From Myxococcales bacterium (lineage in GTDB: Bacteria; Myxococcota_A; UBA9042), in assembly GCA_037441385.1 (NCBI GenBank), contig JBBISH010000023.1, positions 1 to 62,368 of the forward strand: a stretch of DNA of 62,368 bases. Reading direction: 5' to 3'. Under the pieces are notes generated by a model. The model saw only the letters and a list, made by a program, of their open reading frames with translations. It searched no databases and was not told where the DNA came from. Of the stretch, positions 61,056 through 62,368 are shown piece after piece. The position numbers and the translations under genes are program-made. Positions within the stretch are counted from its first letter, which is position 1. Each line of letters starts with the position of its first letter.

Positions 61056-62368
61056 CTACGGGCTGACCTTGCCGACCGGCCCGTCCCAGATCGCGTTCAG
61101 CTTGTTGTCGGCCACGCAGGCGGCGTCGCCCCAGCACTCGTCGTCCAGCACGCGCGTGCCCAGCGAGTGGAAGTAGCTGACGATCAAGTTCCGGTGGAAT
61201 TCCGTAAAGGTGCCGCGGTACGGCTTGCCGGTTGCCGCCGACTTCCCGGCCACGGGCGGGAAGCTGTCGCTGTCGTTGGCCTGGGCGATGTACTCGTGGA
61301 CGCCGTGGACGTCGGCCAGGCACAGGCCTGACACGCCGCCCGGCTGGCCCGGTCCGCTGGGCACCAGATTGCACAGCTTCTGCATCGGCTTGGCGGCGTT
61401 CGGCGACAGCAGCGGCGGCGGCACGTCCTTGCCATTCAGCAGACCCGAGTCGATGGCCTGCTCGAACCAGCCGCGGTAGGGCGCGTCGGGGCTGTAGATC
61501 TTGTCGCGGCCGAATAGCCCGGTGGCGCGCGCCAGGGTCACGCCCGTGGTGAACGGCACGGTATGGTCGTTGACGGCGAGCATCATCAAGATGTTGGTGC
61601 CCTGGTTGCCGGCCAGCGGGTTCAGGATCACCTTGTCGGCGGCGGTGATAGCGTCGGCCCCTTCCAGAACGTTGGCGGCGAGCTGAACGAACTTACGGAA
61701 ATCCGGCGTGTTGCGCTCTTTGGCCAGGCCTTCTTTGGGGGCCACGGCCTCGACCACCGCGGCGGGGGGCCCGCCCGGCATTCGCACGGTCAGCCTTAGC
61801 TTGTCGCCCTGATCGGTGGGCACGGCCAGGGCAAAACCGCCGTCGTCGGCGATGGCTTCGGTCTTGGTGTTGCCATTGACGGTGTTGGTCAGCACCACCT
61901 CCGCGCCGGCCGGGACGCTGATTTCCTTAAACCACGTCGGCACTTCCACGGCGTGGTCCAGGCAGCCCTGGGTCTTGGGATCGCGGTAGACCTTGCGGGT
62001 CTGGGCGTTGCAGCCGTCCGAGTCGTCGTTCCAGCTGAGGCGCACCTTGCCGGGCTGACCTGGCACCGGACAGCCGACGATCATCGGGCCGCCTAGCGAC
62101 AGGAACAGGGCCGTCACGCGGTCGTGCAGCTTGGTGCGCATGAAGATATCCGCCAGCCCGGCGCCCGGTACCACCGGCGCGGCCGCCACGATGTAGGGCT
62201 CGAGCGGCGCCGTCAGCGCGGTGTGGATGCCGCCCAGCGAGACGCCCATCATGAAATACGGCACCGTCGGTCCGCCCGCGTCGACCTTGCCGTCCAAGTC
62301 AAAATCGCCCGCCAAGAAGCTGGGCATCAACGGTCCTGCGCTGGCCGTGTGGGGATCGATGGTGGGCG
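61056..62368 (-). CDS. Alpha/beta-hydrolase-like protein, 5' end outside the window
   Basis: GVSLGG nucleophile elbow, D.TVP, H. Confidence 0.65.
   Translation of the reverse strand, partial: PTIDPHTASAGPLMPSFLAGDFDLDGKVDAGGPTVPYFMMGVSLGGIHTALTAPLEPYIVAAAPVVPGAGLADIFMRTKLHDRVTALFLSLGGPMIVGCPVPGQPGKVRLSWNDDSDGCNAQTRKVYRDPKTQGCLDHAVEVPTWFKEISVPAGAEVVLTNTVNGNTKTEAIADDGGFALAVPTDQGDKLRLTVRMPGGPPAAVVEAVAPKEGLAKERNTPDFRKFVQLAANVLEGADAITAADKVILNPLAGNQGTNILMMLAVNDHTVPFTTGVTLARATGLFGRDKIYSPDAPYRGWFEQAIDSGLLNGKDVPPPLLSPNAAKPMQKLCNLVPSGPGQPGGVSGLCLADVHGVHEYIAQANDSDSFPPVAGKSAATGKPYRGTFTEFHRNLIVSYFHSLGTRVLDDECWGDAACVADNKLNAIWDGPVGKVSP

Overview
High-GC bacterial DNA; the Cys-rich lipoproteins and SspB-like repeats suggest Myxococcota or a related deltaproteobacterium (inference). 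The flanks (1-4.3 kb and 41.4-62.4 kb) hold ordinary metabolic and envelope genes. Between them lies a ~37 kb defence island (~4.56-41.35 kb). It carries an SF1 helicase-Vsr nuclease, a SNF2+SWIM pair, DUF3800, a SWIM-SWIM-SNF2 ATPase, a Shango/BrxD-like two-ATPase + Lhr helicase operon, an AAA_14 ATPase, a thermonuclease, a rearranged Zorya type I-like operon (zorB-zorA-zorC-zorD), five toxin-antitoxin modules and several truncated genes. The most striking signal is non-coding. Ten copies of a palindrome (core GTTGC-GGCGCC-GCAAC; best copy a perfect 11-6-11 28-mer) lie between the island's modules, all with the same asymmetric left flank, and I saw none outside the island. Three copies head longer composite repeats that end in a second conserved hairpin motif. 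A stand-alone ParB/KorB-type HTH gene ends next to one site. Together these suggest a possibly undescribed cassette-like or co-regulated defence array. No recombinase is encoded in the window. All family assignments come from motif recognition by eye, not database searches.
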